Assembly: GCA_963845145.1 (NCBI GenBank)
Contig: CAWJQU010000008.1
Span: 128,001-192,000 of the forward strand
Direction of reading: 5' to 3'
Origin: an uncultured delta proteobacterium
GTDB lineage: Bacteria; Desulfobacterota; Desulfobacteria; Desulfobacterales; QNYZ01
DNA: 64,000 bases
Shown: in pieces, positions 41,582-51,709 of the stretch
Layout: every line of letters begins with the position of its first letter
Numbering within the stretch: position 1 is the stretch's first letter
Translations under genes and position numbers: made by a program
Notes under the pieces: generated by a model
What the model saw: the letters and a program-made list of their open reading frames with translations, nothing else
Database searches by the model: none
What the model was told of the DNA's origin: nothing

Positions 41582-44500
41582 TTATTTGCTCACCCCAAGA
41601 TTCAGTTTGCAAGCGATCTGGCCCTTGTCCACATCTGCTGATTTTGCCGGTTCGGTAATCCGGGTCCGCTCCAACGGCAATCCGTTTGTTCGGGTCAGCT
41701 CATCAATGATCATCTGAGATCGTTCAACCGACAGAGCTACTAAGGTCTCGTCATTCAGGGTTTCACTATTTACCAGTTCTTCGAACAATTTTGAATAAAA
41801 ACCATCCGGATCTACAGAAGGCTGTTTTGCTTCTATTTTCGGCTTCCCCGGCTTGGGCGCTGATTTTTTTGATTCGGCCGACATGCCGAAGGTTCTCTTT
41901 AGGGCGTCTGTTTTTTCGGAGGGGAAGCGCTCCCCGGCCAAGGCCAGCACGGTTTTCTGAACGCCAACATCGGAAAGATTAATGGGACCGGGAACCTGAT
42001 CAGGCCCCATTTTTATTCCCATACGCAGAGCCAATTCTCGCTTGAGTGCGATTTCCTTCATGATTGTGCCATCGGCTTCAGCGTCATAACATCCCTGAAT
42101 CTCGAGGGTAAGTTGGGGCCTTTTTCCCAGAGCACCGGCCAGCCGGGCAAGTTTTTCCATCTCAGGCGGTGGCAATTCCGCGTAGCCGGCATCAAAGGCG
42201 ACGGTGTCCAGTGTCTCCTCATCGGAACCGATCAAAGCCCCCAGAGCCTTAAACGGCGCGGCGACTACTTTGGTCACCAGATTAACAATGGCCTTCCATA
42301 TGAGATGACCATACCCGAACTTGGGATCATCCAGATCCCCGGAGATCGGTAAGCCGATATCGATTCGATCATCAGAATCTTTCATCAGGGCCACCGCCAG
42401 ATCAAGCGGCAGATTGGTCGCCTTGGCGTTTTCAACAGGGTCCCCCAGTACAAAATAGTCAAGGATAAGATCATTTTCGGCCTCGAGTTGGCTATCGTTA
42501 ATGCGGTAGTTGAGATCCAGAAAAAGTTTTCCCGACGATATCTTGCGCCCGGCAAATTCAGCCGTATAGGGCGTTAATTCGGTCATCTCCAGGTTTTTAA
42601 AAGCCATCTTCACATCAAAGAATTGACGAATGTCAAAAGGTTGCAGGTTCCCCTTGATCGTGACTGTCCCATATTGTTGCACCCGCCCTTTCAAGTCCAC
42701 AGATGCGCGGCTTTTCGATTTCGATGACAGGCCTGCCATAGCCCCGGACAGCCCGTGAATATCCACGTGAAAAGGAAATAAAAGGCTGAGATCGGCAAAA
42801 TCGAGTTTACCCCCCTCAATCTGCACCTGTTTGATATCAACCGGAAAAGGTTTGGTCTTGGCCGGCTTCTTTGTACTTTCACCACGCTTGACAATGACAT
42901 CGCTAAAGTTAACGCTTTTATCCTTGCGTATAACCAGTTTTCCGGTGGGGTTGGACAATTTCATTTCATTGATCACCAAGCCGGGTGGAAAGGTCGAATA
43001 CTTGATGCCGCGCGTGTCGAATTGTTTCCAAGACACCAATGTCTCTTTGGTTTTCGGCAGTGTCACCTGCAATTTTTCCATACCCGCCTGACCGGTAAAG
43101 CCCAATGCCCCGGGTTGGAAGATGCCATACTTAAAGTCCCCCTTAATGGATAAATTCCCCGAGTCCAGAGCCACTTTAGCGACCGATTGCAGATATGCTT
43201 CCAGTGGTGATAAATCCAAAGAAGCCAAATCGATATTCGCCGCGATAGTGGGCTTGAACGGATTGACCTGGCCCTTTCCCGAAAAGCGACCGCCCTGTTT
43301 CACATCAAAAGAAAAGTCGAAATTGAAATCTTTATCCGGATCGGTTTTAAACTCATTCAAGCCGAGGGAAAGGTTGGTGAGATTGTATACGGGACTCGGT
43401 GCAATTTTTCGATCGGTAAAAGATAGGGCGAACTTGTCTAACTTTGCACTTGACAGTTCGAAAGACCATGGCGTTTGTTCCCCAGCCTCATTGGTACCCT
43501 CGCTTGGTTCTGTCTTTGTAGCCTTTTTGTCCTGGGCATCGGCTTCAGTAGTATCCTGATTATCACCCTGATTATTATCCTGATTATCAGAAAGGTCATC
43601 GTTTGAGCGACCTTTAAACCGGCTAAAATTCAAAACGCCGTCTTTATCTGTCCATAACGCCACCTGCCCTTGGTCCAAGGTCATTTCGCGGATCAGGGCC
43701 TTTTTCCCGACAAAGTCCACCAAACCGCCGCCAATATTTACTTTCGGCAAATCAACCAACGCCGCGTCTTCCCCCGTCTGGTGTAACGTCGCCTTCTCCA
43801 GTGCCAGGGTGATATCTTCAAGCAATGTTTTTTGTTGCATCTCCGGCGGGGTTTTACCCGTCTGGAATGAACCCGTTTGGAATGAAAAGGAAAGATCAAC
43901 GCGGCCGATATCCAAATCCATCGGGGTTTGCCGGCTTTCGTCCTTATACTTTAGCGCCACATTATTGAGATCAATCTTATCCATTATCAGGTTAAACCCA
44001 CCGTCATTGGGTTTTTCAACAGGCTCAGGCACATCTTCTTTCGCTTTTTTGCTCTCAGCCACAATCCGTGGCCAGTTAAATTGTCCAACTTTATCCACGT
44101 TGAGCAAAACTTCGCCGTCGGTGATATTCAAGCGCCCGATCTTGTATTTTTTTGATGCCAGGTCGAAACGACCGTCACTCATATGGATTCGATCGAGTGC
44201 CAAGAGCTGGGATTCCCCCTCCCCTTTCAACATCAACTGCAACCCGGAAATCAGGGCCGTCACTTTATCCAGCACAAATTGGAACGTTCCATCCCGGTTG
44301 CTGATAAAATAAGACATGTTAAGATCGGTTGTACCGGCGGGCTGAACCAGGTTCAACTCATCTTGTAGAAATAACCAAATGATACTTTCCTTAAAATTGT
44401 TCAGCGCCAAGGTGCCCTTGGATTCAAAAGGCGCCAATGATGTGGTACCCTCCCACTTGAGCGTCCCACCCTTTGGCAGAGCGACCGCTATGGTGTGCGC

Positions 44501-45127
44501 CCCTTCCTTTTCCGGTATCGTGCTTAAATCGCTAATTTCAAGATCAATGGGATCCATCTGAATTTCGGCAGGGGTCGCATCCGACTGATCGGCAAACAAA
44601 AGATGCCCATCACTAATATAAATACGATCGAAGGATAACCGCGGTAGCCCCTTCTCTTCGACATCATTGTTGGCGGGTGTCGTCTCGGCTTCGTCCTTTT
44701 TTGAAGCATCGGAAATCAGGCGCCCCAGATTCATCCCGCCATCAGGTTCGAGGCGAATGGATAATTCAGGCCGAGTCAGCCCAATCTCGCCAAATGTCCA
44801 GGCCCGCCGCAGCAAACTCTTTAGTTCAAAGTTCGCCAAAAAACGGTTAAATGAAAACAGGTGGGTCCCATCCGCCTCGAGAAGCGCCACGTCTTTGAGC
44901 TCTAGACTCAGCGCAAAAGGATTGACGTGCACCTTTTTAATAGTCAATTGGCGGCCGAGATTACGTTTGACGTAACCTTCCAGCTGGCCTTTAACGAGAT
45001 AGGGAGCTAAAAAAAACCCGGCCAGCGTATAAACCAACAGCACGGCAACACCAATGATAAATGGCTTTCCCGAAATAATTTGCCTAAATATCGATGTCGG
45101 CTGGTTATTTTTTGAAACGGTATTCAT
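41582..45127 (-). CDS. DUF748 / AsmA-like large membrane-anchored protein
   Basis: N-terminal TM segment, VNPFAL, LPLDLAVALMKD..IDIGLPISGDLDDPKF. Confidence 0.85.
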   Translation of the reverse strand: MNTVSKNNQPTSIFRQIISGKPFIIGVAVLLVYTLAGFFLAPYLVKGQLEGYVKRNLGRQLTIKKVHVNPFALSLELKDVALLEADGTHLFSFNRFLANFELKSLLRRAWTFGEIGLTRPELSIRLEPDGGMNLGRLISDASKKDEAETTPANNDVEEKGLPRLSFDRIYISDGHLLFADQSDATPAEIQMDPIDLEISDLSTIPEKEGAHTIAVALPKGGTLKWEGTTSLAPFESKGTLALNNFKESIIWLFLQDELNLVQPAGTTDLNMSYFISNRDGTFQFVLDKVTALISGLQLMLKGEGESQLLALDRIHMSDGRFDLASKKYKIGRLNITDGEVLLNVDKVGQFNWPRIVAESKKAKEDVPEPVEKPNDGGFNLIMDKIDLNNVALKYKDESRQTPMDLDIGRVDLSFSFQTGSFQTGKTPPEMQQKTLLEDITLALEKATLHQTGEDAALVDLPKVNIGGGLVDFVGKKALIREMTLDQGQVALWTDKDGVLNFSRFKGRSNDDLSDNQDNNQGDNQDTTEADAQDKKATKTEPSEGTNEAGEQTPWSFELSSAKLDKFALSFTDRKIAPSPVYNLTNLSLGLNEFKTDPDKDFNFDFSFDVKQGGRFSGKGQVNPFKPTIAANIDLASLDLSPLEAYLQSVAKVALDSGNLSIKGDFKYGIFQPGALGFTGQAGMEKLQVTLPKTKETLVSWKQFDTRGIKYSTFPPGLVINEMKLSNPTGKLVIRKDKSVNFSDVIVKRGESTKKPAKTKPFPVDIKQVQIEGGKLDFADLSLLFPFHVDIHGLSGAMAGLSSKSKSRASVDLKGRVQQYGTVTIKGNLQPFDIRQFFDVKMAFKNLEMTELTPYTAEFAGRKISSGKLFLDLNYRINDSQLEAENDLILDYFVLGDPVENAKATNLPLDLAVALMKDSDDRIDIGLPISGDLDDPKFGYGHLIWKAIVNLVTKVVAAPFKALGALIGSDEETLDTVAFDAGYAELPPPEMEKLARLAGALGKRPQLTLEIQGCYDAEADGTIMKEIALKRELALRMGIKMGPDQVPGPINLSDVGVQKTVLALAGERFPSEKTDALKRTFGMSAESKKSAPKPGKPKIEAKQPSVDPDGFYSKLFEELVNSETLNDETLVALSVERSQMIIDELTRTNGLPLERTRITEPAKSADVDKGQIACKLNLGVSK

Positions 45128-45395
45128 TTGACTCCTTTATCAATCTGAAATGCCATTTTCTGTCTGTCAAACCAGATGCACCATCCGGCCGGTACAAGAG
45201 GTTTTAACAAGTCGGAATAATCTCTACCGGGTTCTCCGCTTCAAATCAAGCGCCAAAATGTTCGGTTAAAATGGCTCCGCCCTTATGGCAAACGACAGCG
45301 CCTAAAGACACCGCAAAGGATCATGCTTCGGTGGTTCGCATCAGATGGTATTTTTAGTGACACTTTCGGGCGCCTCGGCTTGTTCCATTTTCATC

Positions 45396-45443
45396 TTGAC
45401 ACGACCAACGGACGAGAGTACAAGTTGTCCTATTTGTGACAAC
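45396..45443 (+). promoter_or_regulatory. Sigma70 promoter plus palindromic operator (site 1)
   Basis: TTGACA-17-TACAAG, then GTTGTC-CTATTTGT-GACAAC at 45424-45443. Confidence 0.7.
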
Positions 45444-45570
45444 CGTAGTCATGAGAATCACAAAACCCTTTAAACGGAAACTTAAAACCGAGGTATCCGA
45501 AGTTAGCGACCATCATTGGGTTTCAGACAATGTGCCATCATTATCGTTCAAATAGAGAGGAGACGAAAAT

Positions 45571-46368
45571 ATGTTTATCGTGGGAGAGTTGATCAATGCC
45601 AGCCGAAAAAAAATTGGCGAGGCTATATCCAATGGAGATTCTGAAAGTATCAAAAAAATCGCATTGGATCAAAAGGAAGCGGGTGCTGATTTTATAGATG
45701 TTAATGCCGGCATTTTTGTCGAGGAAGAGCCGGAATATATCAAATGGCTTGTCGACAATGTCCAACAAGTCGTCGATTTGCCTTGCAGCATTGACAGCCC
45801 AAGTCCGACCGCTATTGAGTCTGCTTTATCGGCACACAAGGGAACCCCCATGATTAATTCCATCTCCTTGGAAAAAGAGCGCTATGATGCCTTGATGCCC
45901 ATTGTCGCCGGTACGGATTTCAAGGTGGTCGCCCTATGTATGAGTGATAAAGGCATGCCCGAAACCGTTGACGACCGATTGGTAATTGCCGATAAATTGG
46001 TCAACAGTCTTCTTCAAAACAATGTAGATATCGACAATATTTTTGTCGATCCGCTGGTCCAGCCCATCGCCACAAACACGGATTTCGGCATCGGTTTTTT
46101 AAACGCCATCGAAGCGATTATCAACAACTTCCCCGGCATCCATACCATGTGCGGCCTGTCCAACATCTCCTTTGGCCTGCCCAACCGGTTGTTACTGAAT
46201 CAGCTATTTGCCGTGATGGCTATCGCCAAAGGATTGGATGGCCTGATCATTAATCCGCTGGATAAAAAGATGATGGCCAATATCATTGCCGCGGAAGCAC
46301 TCGCCGGAAAGGATGAGTATTGTACCCAATTCATCGAAGCCTACCGGGACGGAAAATTTCAGGAGTAA
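45571..46368 (+). CDS. Methyl-corrinoid:tetrahydrofolate methyltransferase (AcsE/MtgA-like)
   Basis: IVGELIN, IDVNAG, SIDS, MINSIS, GLSNISFGLP pterin-binding barrel. Confidence 0.88.
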   Translation: MFIVGELINASRKKIGEAISNGDSESIKKIALDQKEAGADFIDVNAGIFVEEEPEYIKWLVDNVQQVVDLPCSIDSPSPTAIESALSAHKGTPMINSISLEKERYDALMPIVAGTDFKVVALCMSDKGMPETVDDRLVIADKLVNSLLQNNVDIDNIFVDPLVQPIATNTDFGIGFLNAIEAIINNFPGIHTMCGLSNISFGLPNRLLLNQLFAVMAIAKGLDGLIINPLDKKMMANIIAAEALAGKDEYCTQFIEAYRDGKFQE

Positions 46369-46584
46369 CCCCTATTCCACATCCACCAGCCATGAAAATA
46401 AAACCAACCGATATCCGTAAGATGCCCCCACCTTGGTTTACGGTTATGACGGTTATGGATGATCCGTGCCCGCTTGGCATGGGAGGCACTTGGACAAAAA
46501 GAGGGCCAGAAAAAACGCGTCCCCGCTTCGATGGGTAGGAAGCGGGCCTTATTCGATGCTAACATCGATGATGGAGGATGAGGT

Positions 46585-47427
46585 ATGACAGTCTGTTTTT
46601 CCAGTACACAGAAAAGGCGGCTAAAAGAGCTGGGGGTCGGTCAATCCCAGTGTGATAGGTTGTTTGAAACAGCCGAAGAACGTGATGGGGGGTTTCAACA
46701 GATCGAAAAGTCGGCGATCAACGTTCAACGCCGCCTTTTGGCGCGGTTTCGTCAGGAGGATCGGCGCCCGCGTTTGTGCCGGCTTGAGAATGCGCTGGCA
46801 GAAATGCTGGCCGGTGAAGGCTTTGTACAACTGACGACACCCATCATGATGTCCAGGTCTTCTTTGGAAAAAATGGGCATTGACAAGGCCCACCCCCTCA
46901 ATTCGCAGGTTTTTTGGTTAGACGAAAAAAAATGTTTACGCCCCATGCTGGCACCGCATCTTTATGCCGTTGCCCGGGATCTATTGCGCATATGGGATGA
47001 ACCGGTACGCATTTTTGAAATCGGCCCTTGCTTTCGTAAAGAATCCCAGGGAGCACGACATACCAATGAATTTACGATGTTGAACCTGGCCGAGTTTGGT
47101 GTTACCGGTTCTTCGCGTCGAGACCGAATTAAAGCGTTGGCAAGTCGGGTACTGGCCTGCGCCGGCATCTCGGACTACAAGCTGACTTTCGAACACTCCG
47201 AAGTGTATGGCGATACCCTCGACATTGTCGGCATGACGGACGATTTGGAGCTCGGATCAAGTGCGATGGGCCCCCACCCTTTGGATCATCACTGGCGCAT
47301 TATTACCAATTGGGTGGGAATCGGATTTGGTCTTGAACGGCTGTTAATGGCGGGTGACCCGGACACAAATATGAGCCGGGTGTCCAGAAGCTTGGCATAT
47401 TTGGATGGTACACGTCTGACAATTTAA
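46585..47427 (+). CDS. pylSc: Pyrrolysyl-tRNA synthetase catalytic subunit
   Basis: CLRPMLAPHLY, EIGPCFRKES, EFTMLN, GIGFGLERLLM. Confidence 0.95.
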   Translation: MTVCFSSTQKRRLKELGVGQSQCDRLFETAEERDGGFQQIEKSAINVQRRLLARFRQEDRRPRLCRLENALAEMLAGEGFVQLTTPIMMSRSSLEKMGIDKAHPLNSQVFWLDEKKCLRPMLAPHLYAVARDLLRIWDEPVRIFEIGPCFRKESQGARHTNEFTMLNLAEFGVTGSSRRDRIKALASRVLACAGISDYKLTFEHSEVYGDTLDIVGMTDDLELGSSAMGPHPLDHHWRIITNWVGIGFGLERLLMAGDPDTNMSRVSRSLAYLDGTRLTI

Positions 47428-47525
47428 TAATCAGAGATGACATATTAATAAAACATCCAACCCTTTTCCACGAGCTGAAAGATCCGAAAATCATCACCGG
47501 CCAATGAGGTAGAAAGGAAATCGAT

Positions 47526-48713
47526 ATGCATGTTGCCATAATCGGTGGGAAGCTTCAAGGTATCGAGGCGTCCTACCTGGCGGCCAAAGCCGGGTGGCGC
47601 ACCTTGCTTATCGATGCCACCCCAAATGCACCGGCTTCAGGTATTTGCGACCGCACGGTTGTAACAAAAATTCAGGAAACAGCGGCATTTCGAGGACTCT
47701 TCAACGATATCGACCTGATCATCCCAGCTCTGGAAGATCAGGCTGCACTCAACGCTTTACATCACATCGCGAAAGCCGCCGGTATCCCCCTGGTCCATGA
47801 TCGGTCGGCTTACGCCATCTCTTCTTCTAAACGACTGTCAAATCAAATATTTGAAGCCATGGGGCTAACTTACCCGGAACCGTTTCCCATGTGCGACTTT
47901 CCGGCTTTAATCAAGCCTGATGATAAAAGCGGTAGCCAGGGAATTGAAATTATCACCGATGCACGCATGGGCATAACACGCTTCATGGGGGTGCCGCCAT
48001 CATCCGGCATTGTTGCCCAGGCATTTATTCCGGGACCGATGTATTCACTGGAAGTGATCGGTAGGCCGGGACGATATGCGACACCGCAAGTCACCAAGCT
48101 CCATCTGGATGAACAGTATGATTGCAAGGGCGTTACAACCCCTTCCGGTTTGCCGGACACCGTCGTCACCGAATTCGAACAAACCACCATCAAAATCGCC
48201 GAAGCTTTAGAACTGACCGGCATCATGGATATCGAGGTGATCTATGATCGTCATCGCCTCTGGATTATTGAAATTGATGCCCGCCTTCCCAGCCAGACAC
48301 CCACGGCTGTTTTTTGGTCAACCGGTACGAATATGTTAAGCTTACTCGAAGAGATATTTGTCAACGAAGCGTGGGCAACACGACGCCTCAATCACCGATG
48401 CCGCCCTGTCAGTTACGAACATGTTAGTGTATCAAAAAGTATCATGACACTATGCGGAGAGCACATAATGGCCCAGGCGGGACCTGTTCAAATTCAGTCC
48501 GATTTTTTTGGCGCCGACGAGGCAATCTCCAACTACAGGCCAGGTAAGGCTAGCTGGGTGGCGACATTGATTCACACGGCAGACACGCCGGCCGAACTAA
48601 ACGATAAACGGGCAGATACCTTTGATAGACTACGATCCGACCTGGGATTGGCCGAAATATTGAATTCAACGCCCAAAAAGATGTCACTTCCAACCGATGG
48701 AAACAACCCATGA
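47526..48713 (+). CDS. pylC: 3-methylornithine--L-lysine ligase (ATP-grasp)
   Basis: IIGGKLQGIEASYLA, SLEVIG, EIDARLPSQTP, GEHIM. Confidence 0.93.
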   Translation: MHVAIIGGKLQGIEASYLAAKAGWRTLLIDATPNAPASGICDRTVVTKIQETAAFRGLFNDIDLIIPALEDQAALNALHHIAKAAGIPLVHDRSAYAISSSKRLSNQIFEAMGLTYPEPFPMCDFPALIKPDDKSGSQGIEIITDARMGITRFMGVPPSSGIVAQAFIPGPMYSLEVIGRPGRYATPQVTKLHLDEQYDCKGVTTPSGLPDTVVTEFEQTTIKIAEALELTGIMDIEVIYDRHRLWIIEIDARLPSQTPTAVFWSTGTNMLSLLEEIFVNEAWATRRLNHRCRPVSYEHVSVSKSIMTLCGEHIMAQAGPVQIQSDFFGADEAISNYRPGKASWVATLIHTADTPAELNDKRADTFDRLRSDLGLAEILNSTPKKMSLPTDGNNP

Positions 48714-49534
48714 CTCGGCTACACAAAGAAGATATTGAAACGATCTCTCAAGGCCTCTGGGCCTATGATAATCGCTTACGCCTGGTAACGGGGCTATCCC
48801 TTAGAGACCTGGCTGGTCAGGCCGCCGGACTCAATGAAGATGACGCCGCAGCCCGGATAACGGGCTGCCGGGTGTGCGCCGTTCCAATGACCTGCGGTCA
48901 GGGGGTTATAGGTTCATTTGCGGAAACGGTGGGTGCTATCGCATCCCATTTGGGTTTCGATGCCTTTGTAGCCGATCACCCCGATATGGCCGGTATCGCC
49001 GAGGCGTATGACCGTCGTACTGATATCATCATATCGGCCGATGATCATCGCTTTGTGGCGATTCATTTAGGCAACCGGCGGGTGGTTGATAACAACCGGT
49101 CCACCGGAAAGGGGTTTGCTACGGGGTTATCCTGTATGGTTGGCGGATTGAAAGCGAAACCCGTGCTGGTTATCGGTTGCGGCCCAGTAGGCCGGAGTGC
49201 CGCACGACACGCCGCCCGTCTGGGAGCGACGGTCACTATTTATGACACGGTTACTGAACAGTGTCGCCATTTTATTAAAAAATCGCGCCCTCCTTTTAGC
49301 ATAATTGTATCAAAAAATCTGTCGGACACCATGGGTAGCCATGACTTCATTATTGAGGCAACACCAGCATCTAACACCATCAATAGCGAAGCGGTACGGT
49401 CAACAACGATGATCGCCGCCCCAGGTGTTCCCTGTGGTGTTAGTACCAAAGCCCGGGAACTATTGGCAGAAAGACTACTATGGGATCCACTTCAAATCGG
49501 TGTCGCCACCATGTTGATGGAATCCGTTTTATGA
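48710..49534 (+). CDS. pylD: 3-methylornithyl-N6-L-lysine dehydrogenase (pyrrolysine synthase)
   Basis: MTRL, VPMTCGQGVIGSF, ADDHRF, GCGPVG, DPLQIGVATM. Confidence 0.93.
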   Translation: MTRLHKEDIETISQGLWAYDNRLRLVTGLSLRDLAGQAAGLNEDDAAARITGCRVCAVPMTCGQGVIGSFAETVGAIASHLGFDAFVADHPDMAGIAEAYDRRTDIIISADDHRFVAIHLGNRRVVDNNRSTGKGFATGLSCMVGGLKAKPVLVIGCGPVGRSAARHAARLGATVTIYDTVTEQCRHFIKKSRPPFSIIVSKNLSDTMGSHDFIIEATPASNTINSEAVRSTTMIAAPGVPCGVSTKARELLAERLLWDPLQIGVATMLMESVL

Positions 49535-49543
49535 TGATTCCTC

Positions 49544-49592
49544 TTGACATGGGTCGGATCCCTTGTTAACTATTTGTCCGGTATGTGGCAAC
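49544..49592 (+). promoter_or_regulatory. Sigma70 promoter plus palindromic operator (site 2)
   Basis: TTGACA-17-TAACTA, then TTTGTC-CGGTATGT-GGCAAC at 49573-49592, followed by an AAGGAGG RBS. Confidence 0.65.
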
Positions 49593-49604
49593 AAAGGAGG
49601 CCAA

Positions 49605-50393
49605 TTGGCGCCAAAGCGATACAATATAGATGTAGGCCTATCGGACTACGCCATTTCTGCTTATATTTCCTTGCTTAAGCACCACCCTGTCAATGGATCA
49701 CAATTGAGCCGATATTCCGGTATCCCCAGGGCCCGCATCTATGACGTTTTACGCACCCTGCAGGACAAGAGTTTTGTTACCGAAACCAGTGCAGGGGTTT
49801 TTATCCCTCTTCCTCCGGATGAATTTATCAAGCTATTGCGAAACAATCACGAGGTGAATCTCGCCAAACTGGAAAATTTGATCAAAGATATTGAAACACC
49901 CGATGATCACGATTTTATCTGGACGATTAAAGGATATCAAAGTGTTCTTAAAAAAGCCGAGGAGGTGATAACAGGCGCCCGTTCTGAAATCTACGTCCGG
50001 CTTTATCCCCAGGAAGCCCAAACCCTTTTACCGACTTTAAAGCAGGCTGAAAAAGATGGGGTACCGGTAAAATGCATATTCATGGAACCCTTTCCTAAGA
50101 CCTTTCGCGTCCAGGTAGAACACCCGCAACATAAAGAGGTCGAACAGAAACTAGGGGGGCGATCATTTGATCTGATAGTGGATAAAAAAGAATTTCTCGG
50201 TGGTATGTTTATAGCGGGAAAAGAGGATCAGTGTCGCATTAGTTGGGGCCGTAACCGCTGGTTTGTCATAGCGGGCAGAGATAGCCTGCGGCACGATTTT
50301 TTTCACTATTTCCTATACAAAACGAGTACTTTGAAACAGGAGTTGAATACGTCGGAAAAACGGCTATACAAACAAATCCTTGATGACATGTGA
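49605..50393 (+). CDS. TrmB family transcriptional regulator
   Basis: TrmB HTH AYISLL...QLSRYSGIPRARIYDVLRTL; TTG start 49605 after AAGGAGG. Confidence 0.88.
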   Translation: MAPKRYNIDVGLSDYAISAYISLLKHHPVNGSQLSRYSGIPRARIYDVLRTLQDKSFVTETSAGVFIPLPPDEFIKLLRNNHEVNLAKLENLIKDIETPDDHDFIWTIKGYQSVLKKAEEVITGARSEIYVRLYPQEAQTLLPTLKQAEKDGVPVKCIFMEPFPKTFRVQVEHPQHKEVEQKLGGRSFDLIVDKKEFLGGMFIAGKEDQCRISWGRNRWFVIAGRDSLRHDFFHYFLYKTSTLKQELNTSEKRLYKQILDDM

Positions 50394-50503
50394 TGGTGCA
50401 ACGTTAGGGTTAACATAAACCGATCTGAAGCATGCGCCTTTTAGAGTTCCTATTCGCATTAGGCAGTAGGAAGCCTTACAACCCAAAAGAGAAGGAGTAC
50501 TGG

Positions 50504-51355
50504 ATGAAAAAGACATTGCGGTGTTTGATTATGGTAGTAGGTATGTTAAGTTTTATTGTAGGAAACGGGTTGGCAGCGGATAACGTACTTGATGGAATCA
50601 TGGCTGCAGGTGTCATCAAAGTATCAACGGATGCCAATTATGCGCCCCAGAGCTTTTTGAATGACAAGGGTGAGTTGGAAGGGTTCGATATCAGCGTCGC
50701 AAAAGAGGTCGCGAAAAGACTGGGTGTAAAAGTGGAATTCATCACGCCGGACTGGGACCTGATCACCGCTGGAAAATGGGGAAAGCGCTGGGATCTCTCC
50801 ATTGGCTCCATGACCCCCACCGCCGAGCGCAAACAAGCGTTGCTTTTTACCATGCCCTACTACAGCTCACCGGCGCAATTCGCTATTCACAAAAAAAATA
50901 CCACCATCAAATCCCTGGCAGATCTGGCTGGAAAAAAAATCGGCATTGCCGGCGAGACAACCAATGATCGCTACTTGAACCAGGACCTGCAGATCGAAGA
51001 CACCAAGATCACTTACCAAACCTGGAAGCCTGGTGAGCTCAAAACCTACCCGACCGATGCCAACCACATCGAAGACCTTTCCCTCGGTGACGGTGCGCGC
51101 TTAGATGCCATTTTTACATCGCGGCAGACGATCGCAGCAGCCATTAAATCAGGTTGCGGCAAAGGCTGTCCTATCAAAATGCTGGGCGAGCCGCCCTACT
51201 ATGAACCGCTTTGTTTTGCTTTGGATAAAAGCCGTTCCAACAGTGATCCCCTGGTAGCAAAATTGAATGAAATCATTCAATCCATGTATGACGACGGCAC
51301 CCTAGTTAAACTCTCCATGCAATTTTTCGACACGAATTTAATTCCGAAATTATAA
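50504..51355 (+). CDS. Polar amino acid ABC transporter substrate-binding protein
   Basis: Signal peptide, GFDISVAKEVAKRLG, SMTPTAER (family 3 solute-binding protein). Confidence 0.9.
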   Translation: MKKTLRCLIMVVGMLSFIVGNGLAADNVLDGIMAAGVIKVSTDANYAPQSFLNDKGELEGFDISVAKEVAKRLGVKVEFITPDWDLITAGKWGKRWDLSIGSMTPTAERKQALLFTMPYYSSPAQFAIHKKNTTIKSLADLAGKKIGIAGETTNDRYLNQDLQIEDTKITYQTWKPGELKTYPTDANHIEDLSLGDGARLDAIFTSRQTIAAAIKSGCGKGCPIKMLGEPPYYEPLCFALDKSRSNSDPLVAKLNEIIQSMYDDGTLVKLSMQFFDTNLIPKL

Positions 51356-51368
51356 CCAGCTGTTTATC

Positions 51369-51413
51369 CGACCGGTTTTCTGCCCTTTAAGCAAACATAT
51401 AGAAAACCGGTCG
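51369..51413 (+). terminator. Stem-loop after the substrate-binding protein gene (attenuator or mRNA stabiliser)
   Basis: Perfect 13-bp inverted repeat CGACCGGTTTTCT...AGAAAACCGGTCG; no clear U-tract. Confidence 0.5.
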
Positions 51414-51709
51414 ATAGCAATGGCACATGTTAAGAACAGGCTACAAGCGCTAACGGTTGGATCCAACACCTTTTTAACCACACCTTCTCATTTTGATTTG
51501 TCACCATGACTGGGGGCCTTCTCACGCCCGGGCGCAACCGCCTACACAGGGTCCGACCTCGATACCCGAACTTTTTCTATTCCCAAATCCTCAATGGTAG
51601 GGACTGCTTTATTTCCAATGCGTTTTGCAGACACCGCTTATTATAGAATGGATAGACTATTCAGCCACATTTTTAACAATTGCAATATCCCTTTTCCCGG
51701 AGATTATAT

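Noticed and set aside
41410..41658. Plus-strand 82-aa ORF and GTGCG as an intron 5' end
   Set aside because: It is the antisense of the intron domain V/VI remnant; no domain I structure or RT follows.
43530..43890. Short in-frame duplications in DUF748 (DNQ repeats, SFQTG x2); similar ones in lpxK and ETF-QO
   Set aside because: Low-complexity linker slippage with no sign of a functional array.
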